Assembly (NCBI RefSeq): GCF_902459465.1
Contig: NC_047082.1
Span: forward strand, 4,154,001-4,218,000
Length of the DNA: 64,000 nt
DNA from: Asterias rubens
Taxonomy: Eukaryota
Direction of reading: 5' to 3'
Shown: one piece after another, positions 21,027 through 32,791 of the stretch
How the letters are laid out: each line of letters begins with the position of its first letter
Numbering within the stretch: the first letter of the stretch is position 1
The notes under the pieces: generated by a model
Database searches by the model: none
Seen by the model: the letters and a program-made list of their open reading frames with translations, nothing else
Told to the model about the DNA's origin: nothing
Program-made: the position numbers and the translations under genes

Positions 21027-24000
21027 ATGGGCCCTCTTGTGGGGGAATGTGGCCATTGGGGTCTGGCTGTCGTAACCGCCTCGTTCACTGTCCATCTTCT
21101 GGTTAAGGTGGTAACACGCTGTGCTGGAGTATTGTTTCTAAGCTTTCAAAATGAGTTCCAGAGTTCAACTGCACAGACAGGCGCCATCTTTAGTATCATG
21201 TCATCCTCATCATACATAGGAAGTAAGAATTACTTATCTTTAGCCACTAAAAACAACAAAGTGACAACGGAAATATGACCCGAAGTGCTAACAGTTTTCC
21301 TTGTTAAAAGAAACATCTCGAACTCGGCAGATGATCCAACAGAACCAGAAGAAAATATCATCTCAGTATTTACAGAATTACAATTAATAACAGGCTACTG
21401 TTTTTATTTTACTTCGACTACAAATCATTTCAATATCTAGGTCCGATTTCGAGCCGAATTGACCCCAAGATTCAGATTGAATACCTCTTTCAAAGACTCG
21501 AAAACATTACTGTAAAAATCCATTACAATTCCATCCAACCAATCAGCAGGGCTCTTATTTATATAATTCACTTACTTCTGGTACACAAGATCATTGATGT
21601 ATCGTCAGGACCTCCTCTCAATCGGTGGGCAAAAGTCACTGATATTTATTTATGGTTTATTTTTTATTTATTCAGATACGATAGGTGGTGTGTTAGGGAA
21701 TCATCTGAACTGTCGCTCTACTGCTATACTTGGTAGTATATTTTACACTGCTGGGACAATAAGCTGCAGCTTTACAACAAATATTTATCAGATGTACTGT
21801 ACAAGTGCTCTGGCAGGTAAGATACAGGCATAGGCATCTAATACATGTACTTCATATCAATCGCGGGGAATCTATAGACACACCAGGGGTGGATTTCACA
21901 AAGAGTTAGGACTAGTCTTATCTCGAGTTAGGACCAGTTACTCGTCCTAACTTTAGGACTATCCATGCAATGTGTATGTCTCCTAGGACTAGTCCTAACT
22001 TTGTGAAATCGACCCCAGGCCTGAAAGCCACTTCAAGGCTACAACCCATTTTTTCTTTGGCCCGTTGCCACCTACTCCAGGGCTGAAACAGGGTTACCCC
22101 CTTTACAGTCCATACGGATGTAGGCTTGGGTACAATTATCCACCCAAGCCTGGCTGGTAGAGCCGAAAGCAAGCACTAACTCCCCAACTTCACGAAGCAA
22201 TCATGATCAAGTGTCGCGCTAGAATGAGAATGAGAGGTCACGTTCCTGACCAACTGGCCGGGTATATATTATCATCTAAAAGGCTGGTGTAAAAGTTAAA
22301 CAGCAAACGTGAGTGTATACATGTTGTTTTAATACGTATTTCAGGTATTCGGGTGCATTCAGGTCTTCCCAGTGCAGTTTCTCCCCTGTCTTTCGTTACA
22401 AGATAGACCATATTTAATAAATTAGAATAATCACAAATTTTCTATTCTGGTTGCTGTGTTCGAAGATGGGAGTCACCTTCTGTTATTTTCAGTCGATACT
22501 TTACTAACTGGTATACGCTGAATACATGGAAGTCACAAATGATGTAAGTTTCCCTTCTTTCCTTACTGTAGGACTAGGTGGTGGAATTACTGTAATACCG
22601 GCAGTTGTAATGGTCGCTAAGTACTTCAAGAGATATTACCCCTTAGCGTGTGGAATTTCAACATCTGGACTTGACATTGGAATGTTGGTGTTTGCTCCAT
22701 TGATGCAGCTATTACTGGATACTTATGGATGGAGGGGAGCAATGCTCGTAACTGGAGCATTTGTGGGTAATGTTTTTGCAGCTGGGGCACTTTTTCGCCC
22801 AGTACGGTCGTCTTCACAGACAGGAGACAAGAAGAGCACAGAAGAACATGTTGAACAAGGGGAAGACAAAGAAATGCTGAAGGATAATAATGAGAATCAC
22901 AGATCAACGCAGAGTGAAGATCATGGAATCAACGAAGTGAAGACCCAGAACCAATTACAAAGTACCGATGCAACGAACATCACTTTGAAGTCGCAACGCC
23001 AGAGGAATCTATTCTCCGCAGCCGCCAATTCACTTCGGCTACATCTTCTCAGTGAATCTTATCGCCTCTCTTTGATTATCTTCGCTCAAGTCGTAGCTTA
23101 CCTCGTTGCTTATACTTGTTTCATTATGTTCTTAGTCCCATTTGCCACATCATCTGGTATTTCAGAGCAGGATGCATCTTTTCTTATAAGTGTCTGTGGA
23201 ATTGGCGGGATTGTTGGACGTCTTATTTGTGGAGTCCTAACTAAGAAAGCCTCATCTTACGTCATCTACCAGGTGTCCATGTTTGTGAGTGGATGTGCCG
23301 TCTTGCTGGTGCAACTTGGTACGACCTGGATTTACATTTCTGCATCCATGGTTGGAATAACATACGGAATACAGTACACAATCTGGCGGGTGATGATGCT
23401 GGAGTTAGTTGGAGTGGATAACATGGGGTCTGCCATTGGAATCTACTCAAGCATTGGGATTCCCTTTACAGTCACAGTGCCCATCTTATCAGGTACCGTT
23501 CCCTTGTATCAATTGATAATAAATTTCAAACATGAATGCAAGGTGATTCTCAATATTTGGACTATCCAAGTTCCTTACAAGCTAACACAATAGCTAATAC
23601 AAATTTAACATAAACTTTCTTTTAAAGACAAGCAAATCATCTGCCATGACTGATCGGATGTGTGCTTCGGCCACGGCTTGAATTTAAGTTCCAAAATAGG
23701 CCGTGTGAGCTATAAAATGTCTTCCATCGACGTGGCTTCGAATTAGAAGGACAAATCCCAAGAGCCAATCCAAGGTTCAAAGTCGACGGGGAAAAGCTTA
23801 AAGAAACAAATGACACTCCAAACTGTTTCACAAAGTTGTTATTCGTTCTTTTAGAGTTTTAGCAGAAGACCTGGCCGGAGAGTTTAGCTCAAATTGTTCG
23901 GTTTATAGCAAAAGGATTTCTGGCATGTATATATTCATTGATATATATTATTTATTTTTACACAGGAGCCCTCTACGATACAACCGAGAGCTACTCTATT

Positions 24001-24117
24001 CTGTTCTACATATTTGCAGCGTTCTATTTCCTTGGATTTGGGGCGTTGTTTTTGGCACCAATTTTGAAAAGGATTGAACCGGGCATTGTCAAGAAAGAGG
24101 ACATCAATAAAGTATAA
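21027..24117 (+). CDS. SLC16 / monocarboxylate-transporter family MFS protein, 469 aa
   Basis: Exons 21027-21222, 21676-21816, 22572-23492, 23966-24117; all GT-AG, all phase 1. Carries SLC16-type motifs (YFKRYYPLACG, WRGAMLV, GALFRP, GALYDTTESY) and multiple hydrophobic helices. The paralog cannot be assigned by eye. Confidence 0.9.
21887..22015. mobile_element. PIF/Harbinger-like MITE
   Basis: TIR GGGTGGATTTCACAAAG/CTTTGTGAAATCGACCC; 3-bp TSD CAG. Confidence 0.85.
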
Positions 24118-26342
24118 ATAATATTGGAATGGTTTGAAAGCAGTTATACTCATTGCTGACAACAGCTGTTGGAGATTTTTCATAACACAAAATCTCACCA
24201 AGCCTTACGTTTTATATAACACGGGTGTTAATTGTATTATCATTATTATTCAATCAATGCTGTTTTACCGTTTACGACAACATGTTTTTTTTGTGAATTA
24301 TTTACCCCAACACTATGAAAAAAAAGGGAAATAAACATAGCACTGTTTGACCAGTGCTTTCCAGATGGGAATTTTTGTCCACGTATTACTCGGGTGGGAT
24401 TTGGGCTAATGTCGAGTACGTCTGCAGGACATTATAAGAGGCGAGCCAATACTGTTTATTTGGCTATGCGATTAAACATTTACTAACCTCCTTCGCCAGA
24501 AGAAAAACAATATTCAAAAGCAGAGGTCTACATGAATTTGATGGAGTTCTAATGTAAATTATGTCCAAGTTACAACATTTGCTCCCGCACACCGTATGGA
24601 CTATCACTCTGACAATTTGGTTATTCGATATATACAAAATAACCGTTGATACAAATTATACACAAGCAATACTTTACTTTGAATAAGGGATGTGTTTGCT
24701 ACCATATTTATATTGATGGAATACAGCTTGGATATGCATGATATAATGAATAATTCGTAAATAGGTCTAGTCGTATTTTTTACTGGCAAAACTGTGTCAA
24801 ATTTATTTTTAGCAGATTTAAACCTCATCACGTATATATATATACAAAAATATTGCAGTTTTTAGTAGGTATGATTTTGCGGTTTTGGGTGATTTCACAC
24901 AACAAATGCGATTATAAATGTCATTTTATATTTTAGTGAACAAATTGTCGCAAACTAATATGCACATGTCATCTGTTTTGTGACTTCATATTATTTCCAA
25001 TTATTTGCCATTATGAGCTCAATTATCGGTATTTTTTTATGCGAACACAACAAAAGAATTATATTTACATTCATAACCGTGATGTACTTTTTTGTTTGCA
25101 AACCAGTTGCTCAAAAGTTGCACTTGGAGTTATTGGTTGTAAGCCTATCGTATATTGTAACAAAATTTGCCGCAAATTTTTTAAATATTTTTTCGATTCA
25201 TTCATCATCCCCGCAAATCAAGTGCGTTTTTGTGATACTGTAACGGGATTACAAAGCAATACACAATGATGGAGGCAGTTGGCCTAGGCCCGCTGGATGG
25301 GCACCAACTACAACCGCAAGGCACTGACTTGTTGATCTCCAACATGAACTACACCGACTGTAAACACGGGACTTGGACATGTGACCGACACGTGACAAAC
25401 CTTGACCGTGGGGTGCCGACATAATATGCTTGTGATTTAGTAACCAAATAAATAATCGTCGAGTGCGTTATACCCTGCCTCAGTCCTCAATGTTGTTATT
25501 CCATTCTTCACCATCGAACAAATGTAACACTAGAGAAAGCGTTACCATGGTTACAATGAGCCTACTCAACAATGGTAATTTCGTTACAAGGATGCAAGAC
25601 CATGGCAAGACACACCTCCACACACGTGACACGAGTAGTCGATTTAGCCAGCTTCGACACCCGTCTCGCTAATTAATTTACCAAGGAAACGTTGTATAAG
25701 TTTATAAGAGAACGACTTACCCCAACCAACTTTTCTACAACATCGACCGAATCCTGTGAAGCATTTGTGTTGTTGTTTCCGAAGTTCTTGCGGTGTTTAG
25801 GGTCGTTTTATCGTGTGCTTGTGTCCGTCCGCGTGTAAATATGACGGGGTCCATTTTGTAAATTGGCCCGCCGCAAAATACTGCTCATGCGCATTGCATG
25901 GTTTCAACTGACCGTATTTTGTGACCGCTTGAGGGCGTTCAACAGCCTTTCTTGCTTGCATCACATTAAATCAAAGTTTCACAATATCACAATATCCGAC
26001 TGCCTGAATAAATAGTTTAGGTAGGCTTGGTCAATCTTAGTTAATTTAATTAACATAAAAAACTTATTTGGTGAGAAGAACTGCAGCTGTTGATGGGCCC
26101 CAAAACAAAGGTTTTTTTTGTATAGAAAGGATTCCCCTTAAAAATATGGCTTGGATATTTTGTTCACAGAAACAATTTGAATCTGGTGTTCATTCGCGGA
26201 TGGAGTGACCAGAGATGCGGTTGGCACTCTCTGTCAGCTACACAAATAATTTGTACATTTTTGTGGGCTCAGTTGTTTCCTCTTTTCTCAGATGCTGATT
26301 TTTTCTAAGATGCTTATTTTATGCATAGGTTGAGATACAGCT

Positions 26343-26664
26343 TTAAAGACACTGGACACTATTGTCAAAGGCCAGTCTTCTCACTTGGTGTATCTCAACA
26401 TATGCATAACATAACAAATCTGTGAAAATTTAAGCTCAATTGGTCGTCGAAGTTGCGAGATTAATAATGAAAGAAAAAACACCCTTGTCACACGAAGTTG
26501 TGTGCTTTCAAAATCTAATTCCAAAGTGAAAACTACGTTACTTCAGAGGGAGCCGTTTCTCACAATGTTTTATACTATCAACCTCTCCCCATTACTCGTT
26601 ACCAAGGAAGGTTTTATGCTAATAATTATTTTGATTAATTACCTATAGTGTCCACTGCCTTTAA
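26343..26664. mobile_element. Kolobok-like MITE family A copy (internally deleted)
   Basis: TTAA flanks and family TIRs. Confidence 0.88.
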
Positions 26665-27015
26665 AAGGGTTTTAAAACCTTTTGTAAGCTTGTAGATCAA
26701 GTTTTTGGCCATGACATGAATCCCAAGACCGCTGGGCCCAATTGCATAGAGCTGCATAAGCACATAAGTTTCAATTACGCCAAATTCAAAGAACTTTGGC
26801 AAACACATTGGTACAAAACCAGTTTTTTGAAACCCTTCCTTCGTTAAAAGCGGCATTGAACCTAAGTATTCCTAGAATTGGACACACGTGAGATTCCGTC
26901 CACACTGCAGGTAAGTATATGCCATTGGGACAGCTAGAGTGAATGGAGTCGCATTTAACTGCAGGATCAACGAAAGCAATCAAATGAAAATTTTAACAAG
27001 TTATTTTGTAAAACC

Positions 27016-27021
27016 TTTATT
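27016..27021 (-). terminator. Candidate RMC1 poly(A) signal AATAAA
   Basis: First minus-strand AATAAA I found downstream of the RMC1 stop at 28499. Confidence 0.45.
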
Positions 27022-28153
27022 GAAATCTACAATAAGACGACACTTGGCTCAGAAGTCTCTAAAATCATGAAATCAAGTTTGGAGAACCAACAGATAAGAG
27101 AATTTGAAGAAACAAATGTTGCCTTTGATTGTGGGCTTGGCTATAAAAAGATTTTAAGAAGGAAATAAGATTGGAAGGTGTTAAAAAAATAAGAGTGAAA
27201 CAATGGCTCACACAATCATTTCTTGAAATTGTATGATTTTCCTTTTACATTCTTGAACTATGGTCAGCTGTTTTGTGGGGTAAATGAAATTAGTCAAACA
27301 AAGAAATTAAATTCGGAACGTGTTGATGTTGAGACAAATGTACCCATACTTAAAGCAACATATTATAGATGGATTGCACATGTCATTGCCTACCATCTTT
27401 GATGAAACTTGCATGCCTGAACGGCCAACATTGGCTTGTGCACAGCGGGTGCTCTTTTCCATTGTTTATCCCCCCCCCCACCCACCATGTTTTTCTTCAA
27501 CTGAATATCATAATGTTGTGTTTCTGTTTTTTTAATTTTGTTATCCACCTGCATGCCACTTGAGTGTTTACCTTGATGACATCACATGCCATCTTAGGCC
27601 TTAACGATGCAATAGTATAAAAAAAAATGTACACAGGATCTATGTACACAGGATGGGCCAATCAGAAACATTCATTTGAACTCCAGCTGATAAGAGCACC
27701 CTTCTCAAATAACTTCAAGTGCAAAAGCTCCATGACCAAAATAAAAAGAAAAGGGTTCTGTTAAATACCCCAATATATAGATTCAATACACAAATAAAAC
27801 CAAATAACAGACGGTCAATATTCTAACAAATTTGTCTACCAATTCAAACTAGTATGATTATATAATAAATAATATACACCTATGTCTGATAATTCACAGA
27901 AGGCAACAAAGGCATTTGCCTTCATCCCCCTGGTCATTGCCCTAGTGCACTCAAATTGCTAACCGTAGAAATTTACAATAGTGTTACACGATTGTGTTTT
28001 TTTCTGTCAGATAGAGCCGGCATCATTTACAAGTTGCCTAGGTTGCAGTCATACTTAGCTGAGATAAGATGTCATGATCTTCCATAAAGATATCACAAGA
28101 CTTCCATATACAAAAATGTTATAGTAAGAGCCTAAAGTGATTGGAAAAATCTG

Positions 28154-28394
28154 GGCCCAATTTCATAGAGCTGCTAAGCACACAAATTTGCTTAGCATGA
28201 AATTTCTTCCTTGATAAAAACAAGATTACCAACCAAATTTCCATATGTTACATATTGCTTGTTACTGGTATTCAGCTGTTGTTTGCTTATCCTGAAAAAT
28301 CAGGTGGAAATTTTGTTGGAAATCCTGTTTTTATCAAGGAAGAAATTTCACATTAAGCAAATTTGTGTGCTTAGCAGCTCTATGAAATTGGGCC
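28154..28394. mobile_element. PIF/Harbinger-like MITE with long inverted arms
   Basis: GGCCCAATTTCATAGAGCTGCTAAGCACAC... and its reverse complement; TSD CTG. Confidence 0.9.
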
Positions 28395-28498
28395 CTGTTA
28401 TCCTTCTTGTTCAAGCTGCAGATACACAACCCCTGCACAGATGAGTCTGGCGACGGACGCAAACACTTCCAGCTACACTAGTATCTGTATATGGATTG

Positions 28499-31400
28499 TC
28501 AGGGGATGGGTGCTAGGGATTCAGACCCAAATGTGGCTTCAAAGTGTTTAACGTACTGCTCGCAATGTTCACCTTTAGTAGAGACAGATGAAAGAAAACA
28601 CAAATTGTAAATGTTAGATGAGGGAGGAATGTTTTTGTAACATTTGAAAATGTTTCTAAATTACACTTTCTGACTACAGGCATAAAATTAATGTGTGGAA
28701 TTTTATCCACACATCTAATAGGATCATTTACCCCCCATAATGCTCCCATAATGTTGACAACAAAGGTTTTCATAATATGCAAAAGGAATTGCTGTTCGCT
28801 TTTGAACACGGTTTGTGCATTACTGCATGCCTGTGCACACTACATTGGATGTCCCATTGAATATATACATGTCAGTCAGACTGACTGCAAAAAATAGCGG
28901 GGTACTCTGAAGTTGTTCAAGGCATAACAAAAACTGTCTGCCTTAAATACACTGGACACTATTGGTAATTGTCAAAGACCAGTCTTCTCACTTGGTGTAT
29001 CTCAACATAATATGCATAAAATAACAAACCTGTGAAAATTTGAGCTCAATTGGTCGTCGAAGTTGTGAGATAAAAATGAAAGAAAAAACATCCTTGTCAC
29101 ACAAAGTTGTGTGCTTTCAGATGCTTGATTTCAAGACCTCAAAGTCTAATTCTGAGGTCTCAAAATCAAATTCATGGAAAATTACTTCTTTCTCGAAAAC
29201 TACGTTACTTCAGCGCGAAACGTTTCTCACAATGTTTTATACTATCAACCTCTCCCCATTACTAGTTACCAAGTAAGGTTTTATGCTATTAAATATTTTG
29301 AGTAATTACCAATAGTGTCCACTGCCTTTAAGCCAGTTTTGAAAACTTGGACAGAAAAAGACGTCATTTTAAGTGAAGTGGTTAACAAGCAAACAGCTGC
29401 CTTTTCAATATCTCACCTTGCACAAACTGTGGATTACTCCTGAGCCTAATGTTCCTCTGCTCAAAGAATTTGAAGACTGTGTAGAAGAGCATGTTGTCCC
29501 CTGTGCTCATTGCCGCATCCAGAAACTTCCTGGCCGAGGCATTATCTGCTCCTCCTACACTACGCAGGAATCTCAGAGCTGCTAAGAGTTGATTCTTGGA
29601 GAGCAACACCTCAATGATCTCTTCATTGGCTGTAGATACTCTCTGATAAAGAGTCAAAAGACCAAAAGATTCAAACACATTCTACAAGCTAAAGTTTTGT
29701 GGTAACAAAATGATGTGTAAGTGGAGATCACTTTGGTTTTGCACCCTTAATTCATGCCTCATAATTTTCTGCTCTAGATTTTACTTCTGATTATACTTTG
29801 GTATGAGTGTAGACAACGGCTATTAAGCGCAGAACTTCCAATACAGACTAGGGCTTGATATAGCCTTCAGCTGTGTACTTTAGTAGGTTTCTGCCGCTAT
29901 TTTATGAGCAACAGGACCAGTGTTGTGGAAATGATTAAAACTTTAACACAAATACACAATAAGCTTGGGCGATATCACGATATTATCGAATATCGCGATA
30001 TTAATTTGGAAACGATTTCGATATCGGATGAATTTGGTTTTAATCGAAATATCGCGATATATCGCGATAATCGCGATAAATATCGCTATGTATTTGCTAG
30101 CTGAGACATCTTGCACCCCATAGGTTTGGAGTAAAACCAGAAGAATAGGTCATTAGAACACCTCTCTTATGCTATGACTGTCTGTTCTACAACTTTCACT
30201 TGGAGTTTGAAGACTGATGATGTCAAATTAATTAATCGCGATTATATCGAATATCGCGATATATTGTCGGCGATATATCGTGAATAAAATAAATCGATAT
30301 CGCCCAAGCTTAATACACAATATAACCCAATGGCATTTCACCTGATAAAGCTTGCAAGGGCAAAAGAGTGTGACACCGAGCACAACTCTGAGCCAATGAT
30401 AAGTCTTCATTGACCTTAATGAGGGTAATGCTAGGGTCTAAAGCCTCTCTTGGGCAAACCATTTAAAGGATATAATAATAAAAATAGAAAAATACATTGG
30501 ATATTCAACCCTCCCCAGCATAGGGTTTCAAAACATTGAACCAAACATAAGCAAGAGATGCCATGTGCATGTCTTACGGATACCTTAATTTAAATTTAAA
30601 CACGCTACTAAGGGGTGCATGGACTGGCCCATTATTGGAACGCCGCAGCATTGGAATGGTCAGATGCCAACGTGAAGATTCTCGCATGTACAAAATGTTC
30701 TTGTAGTGATCAAGGCACAATGTCACAAGGATTGAGCGCCAGGAAAATTTTTTTCACCTCTCGAACATACTGACTTGTCTATCATTTCCACATCTTGCCT
30801 TCTAGATCAGTACAATTTTTGATACCATATTTCTACTTTCTGGCAGATACTATGTTTCTATTTTCTTTACCTTAAGCATGTCTAGAGCCAGTTGATGGGC
30901 CGGTGGGTAGCAGCTCTCGAGGGAAAGGAGCAGGCAAGCAATAGGCTTAGAATCACTCAAGACATGGTACTGAAGGAATTGATGCAGCTGGTAGAAGCAG
31001 TTATGGTGAACTAATGTGTTGATTACCAACTCATACAAGAAATGCTGGATGGGGAATACAAAATAATAGACTAGTACGTTAGAGGAACATTCCAATCCAG
31101 GCAAAGGTCAACCCATTTAAAAAAAATTTTTTTTTAAAAAGGCCAACTACTCCTAGGGCTGGAACAGGTTAACGCCTTTTACAGTTCATACAGCTACCGT
31201 TTATAGGATTGGTTTCTTAAGGTACAGGTACCTGTATACACAGAAGACGGTCAGAGCACACTGGTCAAAATTTAGAGCAGTATAAAGGTTTGCGGTGACA
31301 CCATGTCAAATCTCTTTGTAAGTAGTGGGGGCTCTGAGAAGAGCCAGTTTGTACTGCTCATCGTTTTGGTCGTGTTCTCCGATTGTCTTCTGGAGAAGCT

Positions 31401-32734
31401 GGACTCTGCTGTGTGAGACTGCATGTATGTAGGGTTGGTGGGTTTTAGTGTTTTTAAATGGGTTAGCAGAAGCGTGGAGTTTTTTGTATGGTTTTGGCAG
31501 TATAGTGTTCACAAAAAAACAAACAAAAACTTTTGTAGAACATTAAACTTCAAAGAGAACTGAGCAAAAATTCAGAATATAGTGCAATACATTGCACTAA
31601 AACACAACACTCTGTTTGAGCGTACTGTAGCGGTAACCGAGGGTTGCGATGTACACAGCTTTGAATGACACAAGGATGCACATAACTGGCTTCTCTGTCC
31701 GTTTCTTTGGAGGTTTATTTACACACACCCCTAAATGAAGCAGAACCCTAAACCAGAGAGCGCCCTCTCTGGCGAGCAGATTTACTGATTGGCCCACAGG
31801 GGCCGCCAGCAGTGCTCCGACGGGGAGTCGTGCTGGCACCCCCTACCCATCGATTGGCACTGCCGCTACAGGACTATTCTCTCATTACCTGAACTGGAAT
31901 CTGAAAATGATTGAGTGACCGGATGTATTCCACCAGCACAGCGACCACAAACTTGTACTTAATATCTTTCCTCTCTGCTACTGGCGTCAGGACATGGGTG
32001 TACATGTCAGATTGATCGATCACAATCTTCCTGGTGAAGGGCTGTCTAGCGGAACCAGCAACTGCTTTGGGTACAGCTCCACCCTCGAAATTCTGTAACA
32101 CAACAAAATGAGAACCAAATTTCAACTCATGTGTCACAAGGATAACACAATCGCAAATGAAAGAGGGCCCAAATTATTATCATAATAAGTAGAAAATGCT
32201 CATAAGCCTCTTAAAGGCAGTGGACACTATTGGTTATTACTAAAAATAATTATCAGCATAAAACCTCACTTGGCAACGAGTAACAGGGAGAGGTTGATAT
32301 GGTAGTAATATAAAATTGTGAGAAACGACACCCTGCTTTGTTATACATCCACGCTGCAACAAAGCGGCTTTATCTACTTATGACGTTTTTAGAGTGATTA
32401 CGTAACGGGGCTTTTCGCAAATCTGGCAGAAAAGCTCTGGACAAGGGCATACAAAAGGATTGTTTTTTTACACAATTGTAACCTATTTATAATCATATGA
32501 CTCGATTTCCTTATTCATCGAAAACATTTTAAGTGGAATTCAGCAAAGTTCACGACTTGACATTTTCGTTCAAGCAGGTCTTTAACAATTTGAGGTGGTA
32601 ACTTAACCACTTTAAGTCCAATGTAACACAGCTATAGCTGTAGCCCTTGCCACCAGTCAGATAAAGCCTATACCAACCTGAGTTGACGACTGCTCTTCCT
32701 CTAGGAATGTCCTGTAAACCTGGTTGAGCTTATC

Positions 32735-32791
<57 letters not shown>

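Noticed and set aside
25700-26915. Possible unannotated gene or lncRNA between SLC16 and RMC1 (CpG-richer patch, donor CAG|gtaagt at about 26910)
   Set aside because: Isolated splice-like signals with no coherent ORF or exon chain; needs RNA-seq.
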